Source of the DNA: Folioceros fuciformis
Taxonomy: Eukaryota
Direction: 5' to 3'
Assembly (NCBI GenBank): GCA_049999805.1
Contig: JBNGIO010006294.1
Location: 201,108-265,107 of the forward strand
Length of the DNA stretch: 64,000 nt
Shown here piece by piece: positions 38,776-52,943 of the stretch (positions are counted from its first letter, which is position 1; every line of letters begins with the position of its first letter). A program made the translations under genes and the position numbers. The notes under the pieces were generated by a model. It did no database searches. It was not told the origin of the DNA and saw only the letters and a program-made list of their open reading frames with translations.

Positions 38776-41700
38776 TCAAGGTTGATAAACGTATGTGCGA
38801 CTCTCCTCAGAAATTTCTGATCTACCATGAGCAGCTTTCTCCATCTTCTTGACAACTGCCAGTTCCTGATCCCGCTGCCGTTTGATCTCCATCTTCACTC
38901 TCTCCAACTCTTTCAACTTCGACTCGATGTTCATATGCAGTATCTGTGCTTCATCTCTCTCTCTCATCCTCTCCGCCAAGATGCTGTTGTGCTTATCAAG
39001 CTCAGCCTCCAAGGCCATGACACGTTTTTTCCTCTCAAAGGCATCTGAGGCAGGCGGAAATAAACTACATACTTCCCTTTCAGCATAGGGGACAGTCGCG
39101 TACATCAGCCCCACGTCAGAGCTGCATACAGTATGCACAGCACTGACAGTGAGAACCGCTCTCATCAATGCAAGCAACATACCTGTGGACAACGATGGGC
39201 TTTGTACATACCTGCTGCCGTAACCCAATTCCTGACGCCCATTGCTCCTAAATATGGCTTTATCCAGTGATACTGCTCCTTGAAGCTGTCTTCCAACTCT
39301 TTGCAAAGCTGATTTGAAGGCCAATATGTTGCGTTTCGTATCGAAGACCATCAGATGCTTGTACAGATCAAAGAACAAAGATTCCCGCAAACCCACTTCT
39401 TTACCGTCCACTGTTATACGTAGTTGCTCCTCCCTCAAATGAATCAAGTTCACAGCATAGCCTAAAAACCCTGGTGGGCATTGCCCAGTATCCGGCATCT
39501 GAGGGGGACTTATGTTCAACAGCTGTTGGGGATGTCCTCTGAGCACCTGTCCTCTGTACCAACTGTTCCATAACCACAAGGACAATATGTTGTTGTTCCA
39601 ATACTTCTCCACAACATTTCAAAGCCACTTAAGGGAATTTCAGGTCCTTTACCTTACATCAGTGAGAGCTAATGCCGTATACCTCCCTCGGATTTCAAGG
39701 CTCCTCGTCCTTGCAGTGGCATGGATTGAGTGCTCACCGTTGGCCCCACCCGCTTCCAGTGCGTTCACACCCAGCTGGGTCTTGCACACAATCATCAGCA
39801 TGCTTGATCCAGTAAACTCCGCCAGTATCCTGCATACAAAATTTTTTCAGGCTTCTGGCCGTCCAGAACATGGGAGCATTTCAAACCTACAAAGCATATC
39901 AGTATTTCCTACAGTGTCTAGCTAATTACAAGTTCAGCGAGTCGTCCTCCACGCGGCCAAGTGTCGCCACCACCCCAAGAATGTCAGTAGCGGCCTCATT
40001 TCCACCACCAGCGAAAAGATAGCCGCCCTCCATGCGTGCAAACAAGCAGGATAACGCAGCAGCATAACCTCTCCTCTCCCTTCTCTTCTGCAGATCGAAG
40101 AATATTTCTTTTTCGGATCGGTGGCCTTTCTGCCTCTCCATTTCCAGGATGGCTGCATCATCCTGATGGTTTGCAGTAAGTTTCTGGACCTTTTGCCCCA
40201 ACACCTTCATCGCAGCTGTGGGTGCGCAAGAGCAATGCAAGGAAACCCGTCATATGCCAGGTTTTTGAAACTCAACAGCTCACCAGCTTCAGTCTTGCTG
40301 CGTGTCAGCTTAGTGTGATACCTTGTGTTTTTGCTATGAACAGATGGCGCGACGTCTCCGCCTCCTTTATTGCAGCTATCTCACGGCTCGCCTTGGTGGC
40401 TCCATCCTCAATTTCTAAGATTGTCTGTTACAACAGATCTGTTAGAAGAATCTCGCATACAAGAGACATTACTCTAGGCCCTTCAATAAAACGTCTTCTT
40501 ATGGAAGGGAAAACATTCTGAGCCCATCAACCAACCTGCCTATGATCCTCTGCTTCCTTGAGATGCTGTGCAATCCCCTGGGAACTGGTGCGAATGACTT
40601 CAAACTTAGCCTCCAGTAATGGTGCGTGCTGTGGGTTCTCTTGCCTAGCCAAGAAAACTTGGAACTGACACCAGGTGCTTGGGAGATCAAGGTAGAGAAG
40701 GTCACCGAAGACTGCAAGCCCATTGTATACAGTGACAGTTGAGACTTCTGCCCCATCACCGAATTGTAGAGTCAATTGCAGCCCCGAAATTCCTTTACAG
40801 AGATTGCCATGTTGGTCGAAAACTTGCACTGTTAACCCCTGCTGTTGCCAACTTGCTGCTAAGCTTGCTGGAGGTCCATGAAGGATCTGGAAGGGAAGAA
40901 AAACTGGGGGAACAGCTGCCGCGCCACACACGGAAAATTTCACGCGATAATGTCCAACACCAACTGGAGCAGGAATCCTTGAAAAGCTCTCCACAGATGA
41001 GAGTCCTCCATTATATGGAACAGGTGCTACCAGCTCTCCTAGCTGTTGCCCATCGCTGCTGGTGGCATCCCTGTCATGAGGGATTGTCAAAGCCACAACA
41101 ACTCTCTCCTGAATAGCCATGCCATCCGCTGTCTCGACAAAGACCTCGATGTGCGGTAGGTACTGCACGTCTTTACCATCCAGACTCACAACCAAAGATT
41201 GAGTAGCTACATGCAATGCAACTGGATAATTCCCAGGAACAACATCTAATGTAATATGAGCTGCTGCACATACCAATTTGTCACCTGGCGTGATTGAGAC
41301 GCGGTATGTCCCAGTATCAACAGTTACAGGGAAAGGATCAAAACATGCTTTTCCACTTTGTAATGCAGCTGTTCCAGCGCCCCAGCCGTTGCAATCTGCT
41401 ACAGACATTCTGAGAACCGATCTTTCACAATGGCTGCACACGTTTCCAGCCTCATCTACCGCATAGACATCCAGGGCAGGATGCATCTTCAACCTTGGGA
41501 CCTTCACCTTTAACAGAGGCTCAGACTCTACCTTCATGTCAGGTCCCCCTCCCATAAAGGCTAAGAGCTTGTGAGGTGCACCAGCTCTCAAGAAAACCGT
41601 GCGCCTGATCATATTTCCATTTTCGCTTGACTTGATTGACGGGTCTGTCAAATACACATCGTAGACTCCAGCAGGGCCTGTAAGCCGCAACCTAGCTGCA

Positions 41701-44700
41701 TATCCTACATCGCTTGGTTCAATGCCACGAATGCTGACCTTGCACATTCCTATCGGGAGCACATTGCTTGTCGTAGTTGAACTCTTGACCATCTCTGCAT
41801 GAGCTTCAAACTGCAAGATCCAGCACCGAATAATGAACTCTCAAGGGTCCTGCAGGGGAGATCCGTATTAAGAAACAGAAGTCAACGAAAACAAAACAAA
41901 CTGGGCTTGTGCCACATGCCTTCTTAATTCTACTTGTAGAGAGAGTGCCTGGTTGGCCGTTTGCTGCAACTGGGTTGAATTTCAGGACAAACGATTCTTG
42001 ATTTCGGGCCTTGATTGCCTCTTCATGCTTCCTTTCAGCTTCTGCTGTCAGCCGCACAGCAGCATCGATCACCATCTCTATCTGTAAAACAGCGTGTCAA
42101 TAAGCTGATGATCTGAGCAGTCAGAAAGAAGAGACACAGAGGTCACCATAATCATACCGTCAATGTAATTGTCAGGGTTGAACTCTGTGAATGACTGATT
42201 CCACCACGCCAGTATCCAGGTACTGACGGCAAATTGAATGGTGGAAGGAGGCATTTCCCAGCCTTTATTGGAAACAAACTGCTCTGGTCCCAGTCAAACT
42301 GTAGGCAATGCAGGCCGCCATCCATTGAACTGTCGGGAATCCCGTCCTCGTCTATGACCTCGATCACAAGGTCTTTTAGCTCTTGACCCAAGACGCATTT
42401 CTTTGGAACCTAAACGAGAAAACTGTTTTCCAGTAAGCAAAGGATGACGTGTGCACATCTCCAACAAATCCCACAAATGAAATGCCACAGCGATTGCATA
42501 TTGCATGAACAGGAAATGAGAGATTGCCTCAGAAGAGAATCGTAGCATCCTTGAGACTATGCTGAATGGGACTTCCAGCAGCACAGATCCTCCTGTTGTC
42601 TTGATAACCACGGAGCCTACAACCACACGTCTAAGAAGTTACACTGGGCTGGCACTAGACTTAGCCACAGCTACATCAGAAATCTAGAACCTGAAGAACC
42701 GTAGTCGCCAGAAACTTTCAGGACGTCTCCAAGGTCAAGGGAGCCATCATTTTCGAGCTGAAACTGTGAAGTTGGACACACACAGACAGGTGAAAAGATG
42801 AGCAGAACAGCAGTAAGAGCACTACGTACTGTAACAGCCCTAGATCCCCTAGTTTCAGCAGATACCTTGCATTCTCTACTTTGTTTACTCATGAACTCTA
42901 GTCCGTCCAACTCCACAAGGACGCTCTGGCTGCTGTCAACTGTGTTTCCAGCCATATCTAGGCCCTGGAACAGAAGCTCTGTAATCACTTCACCTGGACT
43001 CCATGGTGGTTCCGAAATTTCTGTTTCGCTAGTCTTCATCTCCATTGATACCAATCGTCCAGGAAGAACTAAGCACATACAACCGAATAAATGCCAAAAA
43101 CATATCTCAACTAGCAAGCCCAGACTCTAAACAGAAGGCTCTGGAGTATAGATCGGCAACCTTTGATAGGAAAAGGGCCAGAAGTTTCTCCACTTGGAAG
43201 AGAAAACAGTAAAGCCGCTTCATATTTTGGCTTGATTGGGCTCAGATCCGCCGTGTTGAAGGAAAGATTCTGCAATAAAACCAGCCACAACATAGTCAGA
43301 CTAGTTATTGTGCATCTTCAGGACTTTGAAGTAGGCAGTGTCACTAGGTGAGGATCTTCAACAGTGAATGTCAGAGGGGAGACAGACCAACCTTGATCAT
43401 TAAGATCTCGTTGTCAGCTGTAGGAGCTAGTGCTTTCCAGACGGCCTTAATGTTGAGGACATCATCAAAACGTGTCAGAACCTGGATGGCCAGGTTCACA
43501 TTCGCCTGATCCCTAAAAGACTGATAGTTGCCAAACCCATCAAGCTTCCGTAATCCAAAGCCTGGATCGGCCATCTCCTCCCCAAGTCTGAACGGAAAAC
43601 CTCAAATTGCTGTCACCCAGCATAGGAGAGCCCACCAAAACAGCAATTGCAAAATCAAACATGTACCTAAACTCTGGAGGCGATTCGGGAGGGAAAATTT
43701 CCCACTTCACTGTTTCATCAGCAGGTTCGACTTTCAACTGATATTCCAGTGGGACAACCTCTTTGTACTTCTCGCTGACCTACACAGGAATCAATACCAA
43801 AGCCCACTTCACAACCCACTAAACAAAAAGCAGCCGTACAACTGAAGACTACGATTCTAATAACATGACAAAACTGGCACTCACAAGTGAGAACTGAAAG
43901 ACGTAATATCCTTGTGTTGTAAGGACTTGGCCCAGCCTTGCATTCTTAGTGCTGAAAAGGTAGAGGCCCTTTACGCCCTGCAGTGTTTCGGCCTCAGCAA
44001 TGACCTCATATACCTCCGGGTTACAGCTCTTCCTTGATGGAAACGTTACAGTCATTTTTAACTGCAGAGCTTCGGTACAAATAGAGGCTTGCTTGCTGGA
44101 TCCACTGACATGCTTTACTCGAACCACAGCCAAAAATTGAGAAGGCAAAACATAGCCAGCATTGAACACACTCTGTCCCACTGGAAATGCCTGTAGAGCC
44201 AAACACACAATCACAGACAAGAAACGGTTGCAAAAACTGTTCTATCTACCTAGTGGTGGCATGCAAGTTCTTCAGGTTCGTAATTATTCTACCTAGCTAG
44301 TGATGCAGGGACATGCAGGAGGATCTTGGATGAGTCTTGCATTTAGACATACCTCATTTATCCCTAGCGACTGACTCTCTTGCACATCCAGCAGCGCGAG
44401 TCGGCTTGGAGATTTGTGTAGAATATCCTCAATCCTCCTTTCCCACTGTTGCTCACTCACCCTTTGGCACTGATCACGAAGTTCGTCAGTAACGATCACG
44501 TTCTGTAAGAACCATTCATTGAATTTGATCAAAATCCCAAAATGTGTCCTTCGTCAACAAACCTTGTCAGAATTGAGAACAGCGACGGGGAAGACTATGG
44601 ACTGTTTCAAATCAAAAACCATATCCACTACTCTTAGAGAGCACCCAAGTGTATCTGGAACATCCATTGGTCTGCCATTCAACCAGAGAAATCGATGAGA

Positions 44701-47700
44701 CATGTGTACTGGACAGGGGAGGCAAAACATGTAGAGAAGAGAGAAATACCTGCAGACCATCCAAACCTCACCTGTATCTCAGTTAAGTCAGTCATGCGGC
44801 CATGTCATGCGTCAGCTATTTGATATTTCTAGAGCATAGGAAACCGACTGAAATCACAAACTGAGATTACTTGAGTCGTACAATCAACAATATCATCTCT
44901 ATCGGAGAACTCGTGGAAAAAGTGCTCGATGGTTGCGTAGAGGTCACGTTTGATGGTACTATCTGAACCCTTCTGCAACTTTATCCTCATTGGCACGGTC
45001 GTTAAATCCCATTCGTTCTTAGCATCCTTGATGTGCAGATGGAAACGCAGTGCTGCAATTTACTTCAGACGTCAGAAATTTGGACGACCGTGTACTCATA
45101 AGAAGCGCAAAACAAAAGAGAGGACCTCAGCCAAGGCAGCTCCAATGTGCTTCAACGGATCTTTCAAAGATTCTTCCATGTACCTCTTGGAGGCAACCCA
45201 TTCCTCGTGGGCAAGTTGCTGAGCCCTTCGTGATTCATAACAATCGTTGGCCTATCATTCTCACCAAAAGTAACCTCTTCGTCGAATTTTTCATGCATGA
45301 GTTTCAGCCAGCCCATGTACTCCTTGGCGAGCTTGTCAGGCGCAAGGAATTTGCCATCTCTTCTCAAATAAACCTTAACACCTTCACAGCAGCTCTAGTC
45401 AGCATATTCACCCACTCAAATGAAGTCATGCAACACCGGACTTGTGAGTAGTAACAGACCACATGCCGTTGTTTTTGAGAGCTCTTGCTCAGAAGCACCC
45501 AGTTTTTGTACAGCTACTGTGAACGGATGGTCTCTATCTAACTCTGTCTGCCAACTCCAAATCGAACAAAAAAAAGAAAGAAAAAGGGTCAATTCCTTTC
45601 TAGCCCTGAACAGCTGCATATGCTTGCCAAGAAACGCCCAGTAGCATCCACACCTTTGCTTGAGTCGGTTGGAAGCCAGCATCAGTATCTGAGAAGAAAA
45701 ATAGAATGTTTGGCTAAATCGTAATACTCAGGATCTGCATCAGTGATGCCCTTTCTGCGTTACCGCGAAAGGGCATATCTGAAGACATCAGCAACAGTAA
45801 TAATAAATGACACATAAAACCACCGTACCTAAGAAGGCTTTCACTCTCTTTGTCCACAAGGGTCGTAATGTAGCATGTTGTTTCGGTCGGAATTCCATGA
45901 AAGGAAGTAAACCCTGTGACAACAGCTAGTCAGATATCTCAGCCAATTCACGAGCAATACAAGTGCTAGCAACCAGAGGACGATTCACTGAAGGTCAATG
46001 TACCCATCTCGTTTCTGGCAACAGCCTCCCGAGCCATCGTACTCCAACACGGGCCATCGTTTGGAACGTTTCTCCAGGCCTGATGCTCCTCACGTCCTCC
46101 AGAACAGCATCCAGAGCCTCCTTGCCCTGGCAGCAGAGTAATATGTCACGTACTCTTATAATGCTGACCCGCACAACCAGCGATTCTCACGAATGACAAA
46201 AAAGACAGACCTTAGTGTTTGGAAAATAATGGCAACAAAGTCTTGCATTTGCTTCAGTCTCGCAGTTCGCGCCAAGAGTACTGTCAACAGATTTTTCTGC
46301 CAAGCATGCCAGGGTGCCTAGTCAACGAGTCGGTTAATTGCCTGTTACAGCCAATCAAGTCCAGCGGCATGGGGGAGCCAAACCTTCGAGTGTCATCCTG
46401 AAGTTCATATCTATAACAAATGGCTCTCCTGGGCAGGAATGTTTGTTGGAAGCCGTAACTTCACCTCCTTCCACTTCTGTGAGATTTTGACCATTCACCT
46501 GCAAGACGAATCCCTCAGGATCTCTACCGCAGATGAAAAGGAAAGGTTGATGACAAGCTCACCTGAAACCAAATCAAGCTTGCCCTACCTCAAAAGTCAC
46601 TGGGCACGTTGTTCCTCTGCTTTGGTCGCACTGCAACTCCACATGGAAAAGTTACATAAAAACTGATCAAGTATGCCCAGACAACACTACAGACTAAGCT
46701 AGATATACCGCCCTGCAGCCATGCAAGGCAAGGCATTGAAAACCTCTTAGCTGACATGCCTGGATATACGGTGCGTAGATGTCCTTCAGCATTTGCTTCA
46801 CATGGTTTTCCTTCCAGAGGTTGCCTTCCTTGTCCCCATCTTTCGAGAAAAAGTCATACTGCTTTTGCAACCCAGTTATCTCTACCTGCAAATTGTCACA
46901 GATCTACCATCATCTCCCACCGCAAGACATGGAGAAAGGCCGACGCCTGAAAGAGCTGACTTGCCTCTGACCTTTGTGAAGCTGCCACTGGGTGCTTTCT
47001 CGTGTTCGGATTTGGACATCTTTCGCAGGTTCCCATTCACCTGGACCAGACAATCGGAGTGGGTGTAGGAGCAAAGCATATGCCGACAAGCCACCTAATT
47101 CTCTAGTCAAAATCGCAGATTTCTCAAGATCGCAACTTATATACCTCCCAAAACCTCTCCGCAGGCTCTTCCTTCAAGCGTCCCTTCAGCTTTTCAGGAT
47201 CCAGCACCAGACTGCAAACCATCTTTGACTTGGCAGTCTTGGACCATACAGTCACCTTACTGTAGGTGAACGTGTTAAGATGTGATCGAGAGCAAGTCCA
47301 CCTTCTGCAAAGAATCTATTCCTCATGTACTTGTGACTGACCTTCCAAGGTGCAGAGCCGAAGCAACAGCTCCAGCGCCGTACTTTCCCAAGTATGGCTG
47401 CGCAGTAGCAAGCACCACGTTTCAAACACTGGGAGCGATCCGCAAAAGCAGGAACGTGATGCAGCTGACTACACCACGATGAGAATACCAGCAAGAAGGG
47501 CGGCGGCAGGTTTCTGCTCCCCATGGCTTGGTGGTGCACTACTCGATGACTCGAGCTCCCCAGAGTGCCCCTGCGTGTGAAACATCCCACTGCCATAAGT
47601 TCCTTCGCTGTGCTGTCCAGCCGAGCCCACAACCACCTGTGGCTACGTGAGTCTAAAACGAAAGCTCACCACTTTACAATGCAATTCTCGCCATCCTCAG

Positions 47701-48815
47701 CAGTCATCCCCTTCCCGTTGTCAAAGATGGTTATCTTGTCCCGTTCTATGTCCACACTGTAACAGAAACGGCGACATTCATTCAAACATGAAGCTGCTGC
47801 GCTACGATTCAAGGCCTTTCACCCAAGCTCCAACGATCCATGAACCTGATCAGCCTCTGTATTCCCGTGTTGGTCCAGACGGCTTGGAGTGCATTATCCT
47901 GTAAGAAGAAAATTCCAAAACGCAACAGTGAGCCACCCAGGAATTCCAAGCATCCCAACCAACCCAGACAGATTCCAGCCACGCACCACTTGGTCTGCCA
48001 GAGCTGTCTCCATCTTGTACCCCTGAGGCAGCCTCGTAAGCATGGCGGGCTCGGGAGTGACATTCCACAATTGCTGCACCCGCAGAGCCACCACACACGT
48101 CAATCCACGAGGAACAAGAACGTGCGTAAACGATCCGATTGAAGTCAACACGCACGTTGTCGCCATAATTATTGTTCGGCTGTCCGTCGACCAGTAGCAA
48201 CATCCGGGTGCTCTCAGAAGAGGCGCAAAAGGCAGCAAATTGCTCCTGGGTCCGAATGGCCTCCACACGAGCGTCGCTGGGATCGTCCAGCCACGCTGAG
48301 CTCCAATCAATTTCCCTTTCCCGGTCCAAGGGAGGCTCCCCGCTGCGGGACTCGAGGCGCAGCCGGTCCAGAACCTCCTGCAGCGACGCGGGCCTGTCCC
48401 TGGCTACCTGCACTTTGACGGACGTGTAGTTGGGCAGCAGCACGGTGAGCTGCAGTCCGGGCAGGGTTGCAGTTGAGGGCATCAACGCCAGCCTCGCCTT
48501 CTTCCTCCTGGCATCCGCCTCTTCGGAATTCCGCTTCCTCCTTGCCTCCGTGGCCTCTGGAGTGCTCAGCACCTGCGACAGCCTCATAGTCCCCGGGCTC
48601 CCACTGCTCCTCTCCTGTCGGCGGCGGCTGCCGCTACTGTTGCTGCTGAGAGCAGCAATAGCAGCAGTCCCCCCCATCGCCTCCAGCCCTCGGCCCCGCT
48701 GCTCCACGCGCCGCCTGGTGTAAGCAACAGTCAGGCGCTTGAACTGGGACTGGTGCGGCTCACCAAGACTGGGCACAGGCTCCGCTTCCTTGCCGCCCCC
48801 ATCCTCCATCGCCAT
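38776..48815 (-). CDS. GMI1: GMI1 / SMCHD1-like protein (GHKL ATPase, Ig-like central region, SMC hinge); many exons; 3' end may extend to ~37359
   Basis: N-terminal LTVLLPNYTSV. Bergerat motifs ALADQV|DNALQAVW, ITIFDNGKGM and PYLGKYGAGAVASALHLG; VRWLGRLLP. DMS3-like hinge PPGFLGYAVNLI..GLRESLF..GAVSLD..RSNG, flanked by coiled coils. Confidence 0.88.
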
Positions 48816-49328
48816 CTCCTCCGCCCAAGGAGAGCGCGACGTCCAAATTCCACAATCCGGAATTCTCGCTTCCACAGTCGTCGTCCCACGATCCACCTCT
48901 GCACTGCTTTGCTCTACTATACAGTACGCTGCCCACACAAGAACGGAGCGTAACGCGCAATCTACTCTACACAACACTGCCCACAAAGAAAGACAGACTA
49001 GACTGATTCTACTCGGAGCTTACAGCAGCACTGCAGCAGTGCCAGCAGAGTGTCCCTCGAGTGCGAGAAAACTTCCAGACCGGAGTCCCTTTCCCGCGAC
49101 AGCTGAGAGAAGATAAGCTTCACGCTCCGACGGCATGATAGAGAGAGAAACGAGTTGTTTGTACTCCACACACTGTACATTCATAACTTCGCCGCCGGCC
49201 TTGCAGTGACTGCTGCTCCACTCATTATGAGTGGCTCATTATGAGTGGCGTTGAGTGTCATTAAGTTGGTCATTAGGCGCAATCTTTCGTAATCACGGGA
49301 AAGTGGAACGGCAGCAGAGTAAAATGGG

Positions 49329-50682
49329 GGCTGTGTCTCAATCTCCGAAGCGATGAATGCTTCACTCGTCTGAAATCGTACGGGGCATGTCATGCCCCGT
49401 CCATCCAACTGCATACGCCGAAGGCTGGCCAGCAAACATACGGTTTTGCCGCGACGCATTGTGCCATAATCCTAAGCGGTAGGCCTTACTCTTCTCTATC
49501 TCTCGTCCTCTCCTCCCGCCGCCGTTTTGTGTCTGCCCGGTGAAGACCGGTGAAGAAGCACGGGGAGAAAGTTGAGATTTTGGTTTCCTCACTCCGCTGC
49601 CAGGCTTTTGATGGGAGAGGATTACTCAGATGCATTTGTTTACGTTTTCACTTCCATTGAAGTTTGAATTCTAGACGTTCAGATCAGGTTGCAACCTCCT
49701 CTGCAGATGCCAAGCCTAACCAACTTCCTCTGCAGATGCCAAGCCTAACCAACCTCCTCTGCAGATGCCAAGCCTAACCAACCTCCTCTGCAGATGCCAA
49801 GCCTAACCCACATTTCGTACCATGTACATATCGTCTCAGATCAGGCAATGGTGAGCGGTGTCGTACTGAGTCCCGCCAGCCTCGTTCAAACGATCGAACT
49901 CACTCAATTGAAACGTAAACCCACTACTCCCTGCTGTCAACCGAGCCAAGTTCTGACTGCGAAAGCAAGCGTGGTGCATTCCATGGACTGCTTGGGCAAT
50001 TCTCGATCGACAGTCTAACCTGGCAGCACAATCATACTTCTCCTGAAACAAATTTGCAGTCTATTCATGGAACGTAGGCGATCTTAAAATCCTTCCTCTC
50101 CAGCCCGACCCCCTCCCGTCCTTCCTCTTCCCGGCCCGATCTCGGCCTCCCTCTCAAGCCTGAACCCCTTTCTCCGCCAATTCCTTCACCTGACCGAAGC
50201 CGGCACTGCCGACTCTTCCCGCTCGATCCCGAACTCACCCTGGTATCCTCCCCTTCCCCCTCCTCTCACCCCGCCCTCCCCCCAGCTCCCACCTTCCCCT
50301 TCAGTGAAGCTGGACAGACTCTCGAAGGGGGAGTGGACGCAGGCCTGTGCTGGAGGAATTTGTGGAGGGACGAGCGGACACAGGCGGGCTCAGGAGGAAC
50401 GTGTGCCGGGGCTGTCGAACAGGAAGCGGACAGGATGAGGAGGAAACGGGTCACGGCGAGCGGGGGCGGGAGGGGAATCGTGTACGCTTCGTTCAGCCCG
50501 CCCGGTCCATTGCCTGCGCTGCGTCGGTTACGCGCATGGTACAAGGCGTCGCGGCAAAACCGTATGTGTGCTGGCTACCTTTAGGCGTATGATGTTCTTC
50601 GGTTTAGGGTTTAGGGTCATAACATGCCACGTAGGATTTCACACGAATGAAGCATTTATCGCTTCGGACATTGAGACGCAGG
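49329..50682. mobile_element. Non-autonomous DNA-transposon-like element with ~140-bp imperfect terminal inverted repeats
   Basis: 49331-49468 (ctgtgtctcaatctccgaagcgatgaatgcttc...catacggttttgccgcgacgcattgtgccat) is the imperfect reverse complement of 50535-50681. AGTAAAATGGG occurs on both flanks (49318, 50688). Confidence 0.75.
49693..49810. repeat. 29-bp tandem repeat x4 inside the TIR element
   Basis: Repeated aacctcctctgcagatgccaagcctaacc. Confidence 0.92.
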
Positions 50683-50748
50683 CAGTAAGTAAAATGGGCA
50701 TACAGTATCATCCACTCCTACAGCACCGCATGCATGTGCGCAAGCAAG

Positions 50749-52943
50749 TCATGAGATTGAGCGTCTAACGTACTGCTGTACCATCTCCTGGGAGAAGGGG
50801 TAGAGGTGCGCTTCGCGGGTGCCCAGGAAGGTGCTCCAGATGAGGTGCACGCTCTCTAGCTTCGGGCACGCACGCTGCAGGCTTGAAAGGTGCTCCAGGG
50901 ACAGAGGCGGCCTTGATTCCAGGCGAAGGCGTTTCAGGGAAGGCAGGGTCCACGACTCGAACTGGCACAGCTGGAGGTCCCCGAACACGCCCAGCGCTAT
51001 GGCTGTTAGGGAGCCCAGATCCTGCGTGCAAGAACCAGAGAGCCCACATGAGCTGGCATAGTACTTACACCTGACACGGTATGTGGTGGAGGAGGGAAGG
51101 ATGGGGGTCTCATAGTGACGGACCTTGAAGTATGAGGCCACGGCGGGAGGAAGGCCCGGGTCCGAAGGGGGCTCCACGTCGCTGTGCAGGTCGATGGCCT
51201 GGGATGGAGAGCGTGGTCAGACAAAGCGTCAGCCATAGGACATAGTTAGTGATGCGCATGAAGGAAAGGGAAAGGCACTTTGAGCATTACTACTTCTCAC
51301 CTCCAGGTTGGGGCAGGCTGCGGATAATGCTTCAATAGTTGCCCCCGAGAGTTCACATCGATTGATTGCTATGGCTTGGAGAGGTGGAGGGCCAGCTTCG
51401 ATCAACGCCATCAGTTCCTGCACATGTAACATGTTACCACACGTCCTCGGCTGGCTCCGTTACACAAGAACATAAACGGAAAGGGGGCTGGGACTGCGTT
51501 TACTCGGTTGTCTAACCTTGTCACCACATCTAGCGTGCTCTTGCCAAATGATTTCCGACTTCATCGACTGTCCGAAAGATCTGTGGAAGAGCTTGTGGTC
51601 AGCACATTTTTGGGGCATCAAGGTGAAGAAAGCAGGTGATGTCGATGACTTACGGCATTCGCAGTTCTATGGAAAGAGTGTTTAGCTTGGGGAGCGCTCC
51701 AAGCTCAGCCAAAATCCTCCGGTACACAATTCTGAAGGTCACATGCTGGAGCCATTCAATAAGCACAGGAAATGGACATTAGAAGACAGGACGGAACTCC
51801 AAACATTATAGAGTGAGCTGTATTGGTTCGACACTGAAATCCACATGCCTGCAACACAAGGGTCACGGAGGCCAGGTCAGGGCAAAGCTCATGGATGTCT
51901 GTGAACGCTTTGTCGGTGAGTTGGCCACAGCCGCAGTGTGTCACGAGAGACCCAGTCCTTTCGAACTGAATGTCTCCATTTTGGAGGAATCCAATTGTAC
52001 GATTTGACTGCCGGCCTCCACACACATGTTGCAGCCGCAATGTGTGCAGGCGTGGGCAGCTCTTCAGAATAAGCCTGTCATCAGAAATCTTTTCGAGCCA
52101 TCAAAGAGGCGACTACCCTGGGCGAGCCTGCAACAATACCAAGCTAACATCTATCACCAGCAACAGCAACAGGGATTTGATAGACCTCATGGTATCAAGG
52201 AGGACAGGCAGCATCTTCATGGTGATGACAAAAACAAGGATGCCAAGAAATGACTCACTGCACGGTTTGATCACTCAGGCGTGAGGAGCTCACATCCACA
52301 TCTCCCAAATACCTGCGGCCAAAAAGCACAATCATCCTCTCCACAACGTACGTCGAGGAAGCAGCACTCTTCAACCGACGGCACCGGCACCTTCACCTCA
52401 CCTTCCCATAACCATCTTTTCAGCAACAATCTCCAGGAAGTTGTTCCTGTGTACCAAGGACTGCATGGGAGACGGTGTGCGAGGAGAGCAACCAGCGTCA
52501 TCCCACTGGACCGGCAGAAAGTCCACATTCAGAGGGTTTAACAGGGAACTCTGCAGGCTTCTTGGAGTTTTGAACTTGGCAAGAGGTGAGTGTGCGGCAG
52601 GGTTTATCCACTGCTTTGGAAGCGGCGTCTTCGGGTTCCTGGGAGGCACTGACGTTTCGGAACCTTCCTTCCTCGGAGCATCATCGTCCAAGGCCCAGGA
52701 CCGGAGCAGCGAGGAATCCTGAGCCACATCCCGCCACGTTCTGCACATCAGGACCATTGATGAGCTTCCATCGGCGTGCCAGAGCACGGGCCTGCCGAAC
52801 CAACACCGCACCAAATACATATCGACTTGCCGGGACAGCCAGACATACTTGCACACAGCGGCCGCTGCTACAATGTCCCTTGGAGCCGTCAGGCGCTGGA
52901 TGATGAACGCCACCACGTCGCGCACACAAACCGCTGTTTCCAT
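50749..52943 (-). CDS. F-box / leucine-rich-repeat protein, multi-exon
   Basis: F-box-like N-terminus (DVVAFIIQRL...AAAAVCK|TWRDVA). Cys-containing LRRs: CGQLTDKAF..ELCPDL, CELSGATIEALSAACPNLE, LQRACPKLESVHL. Confidence 0.75.
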
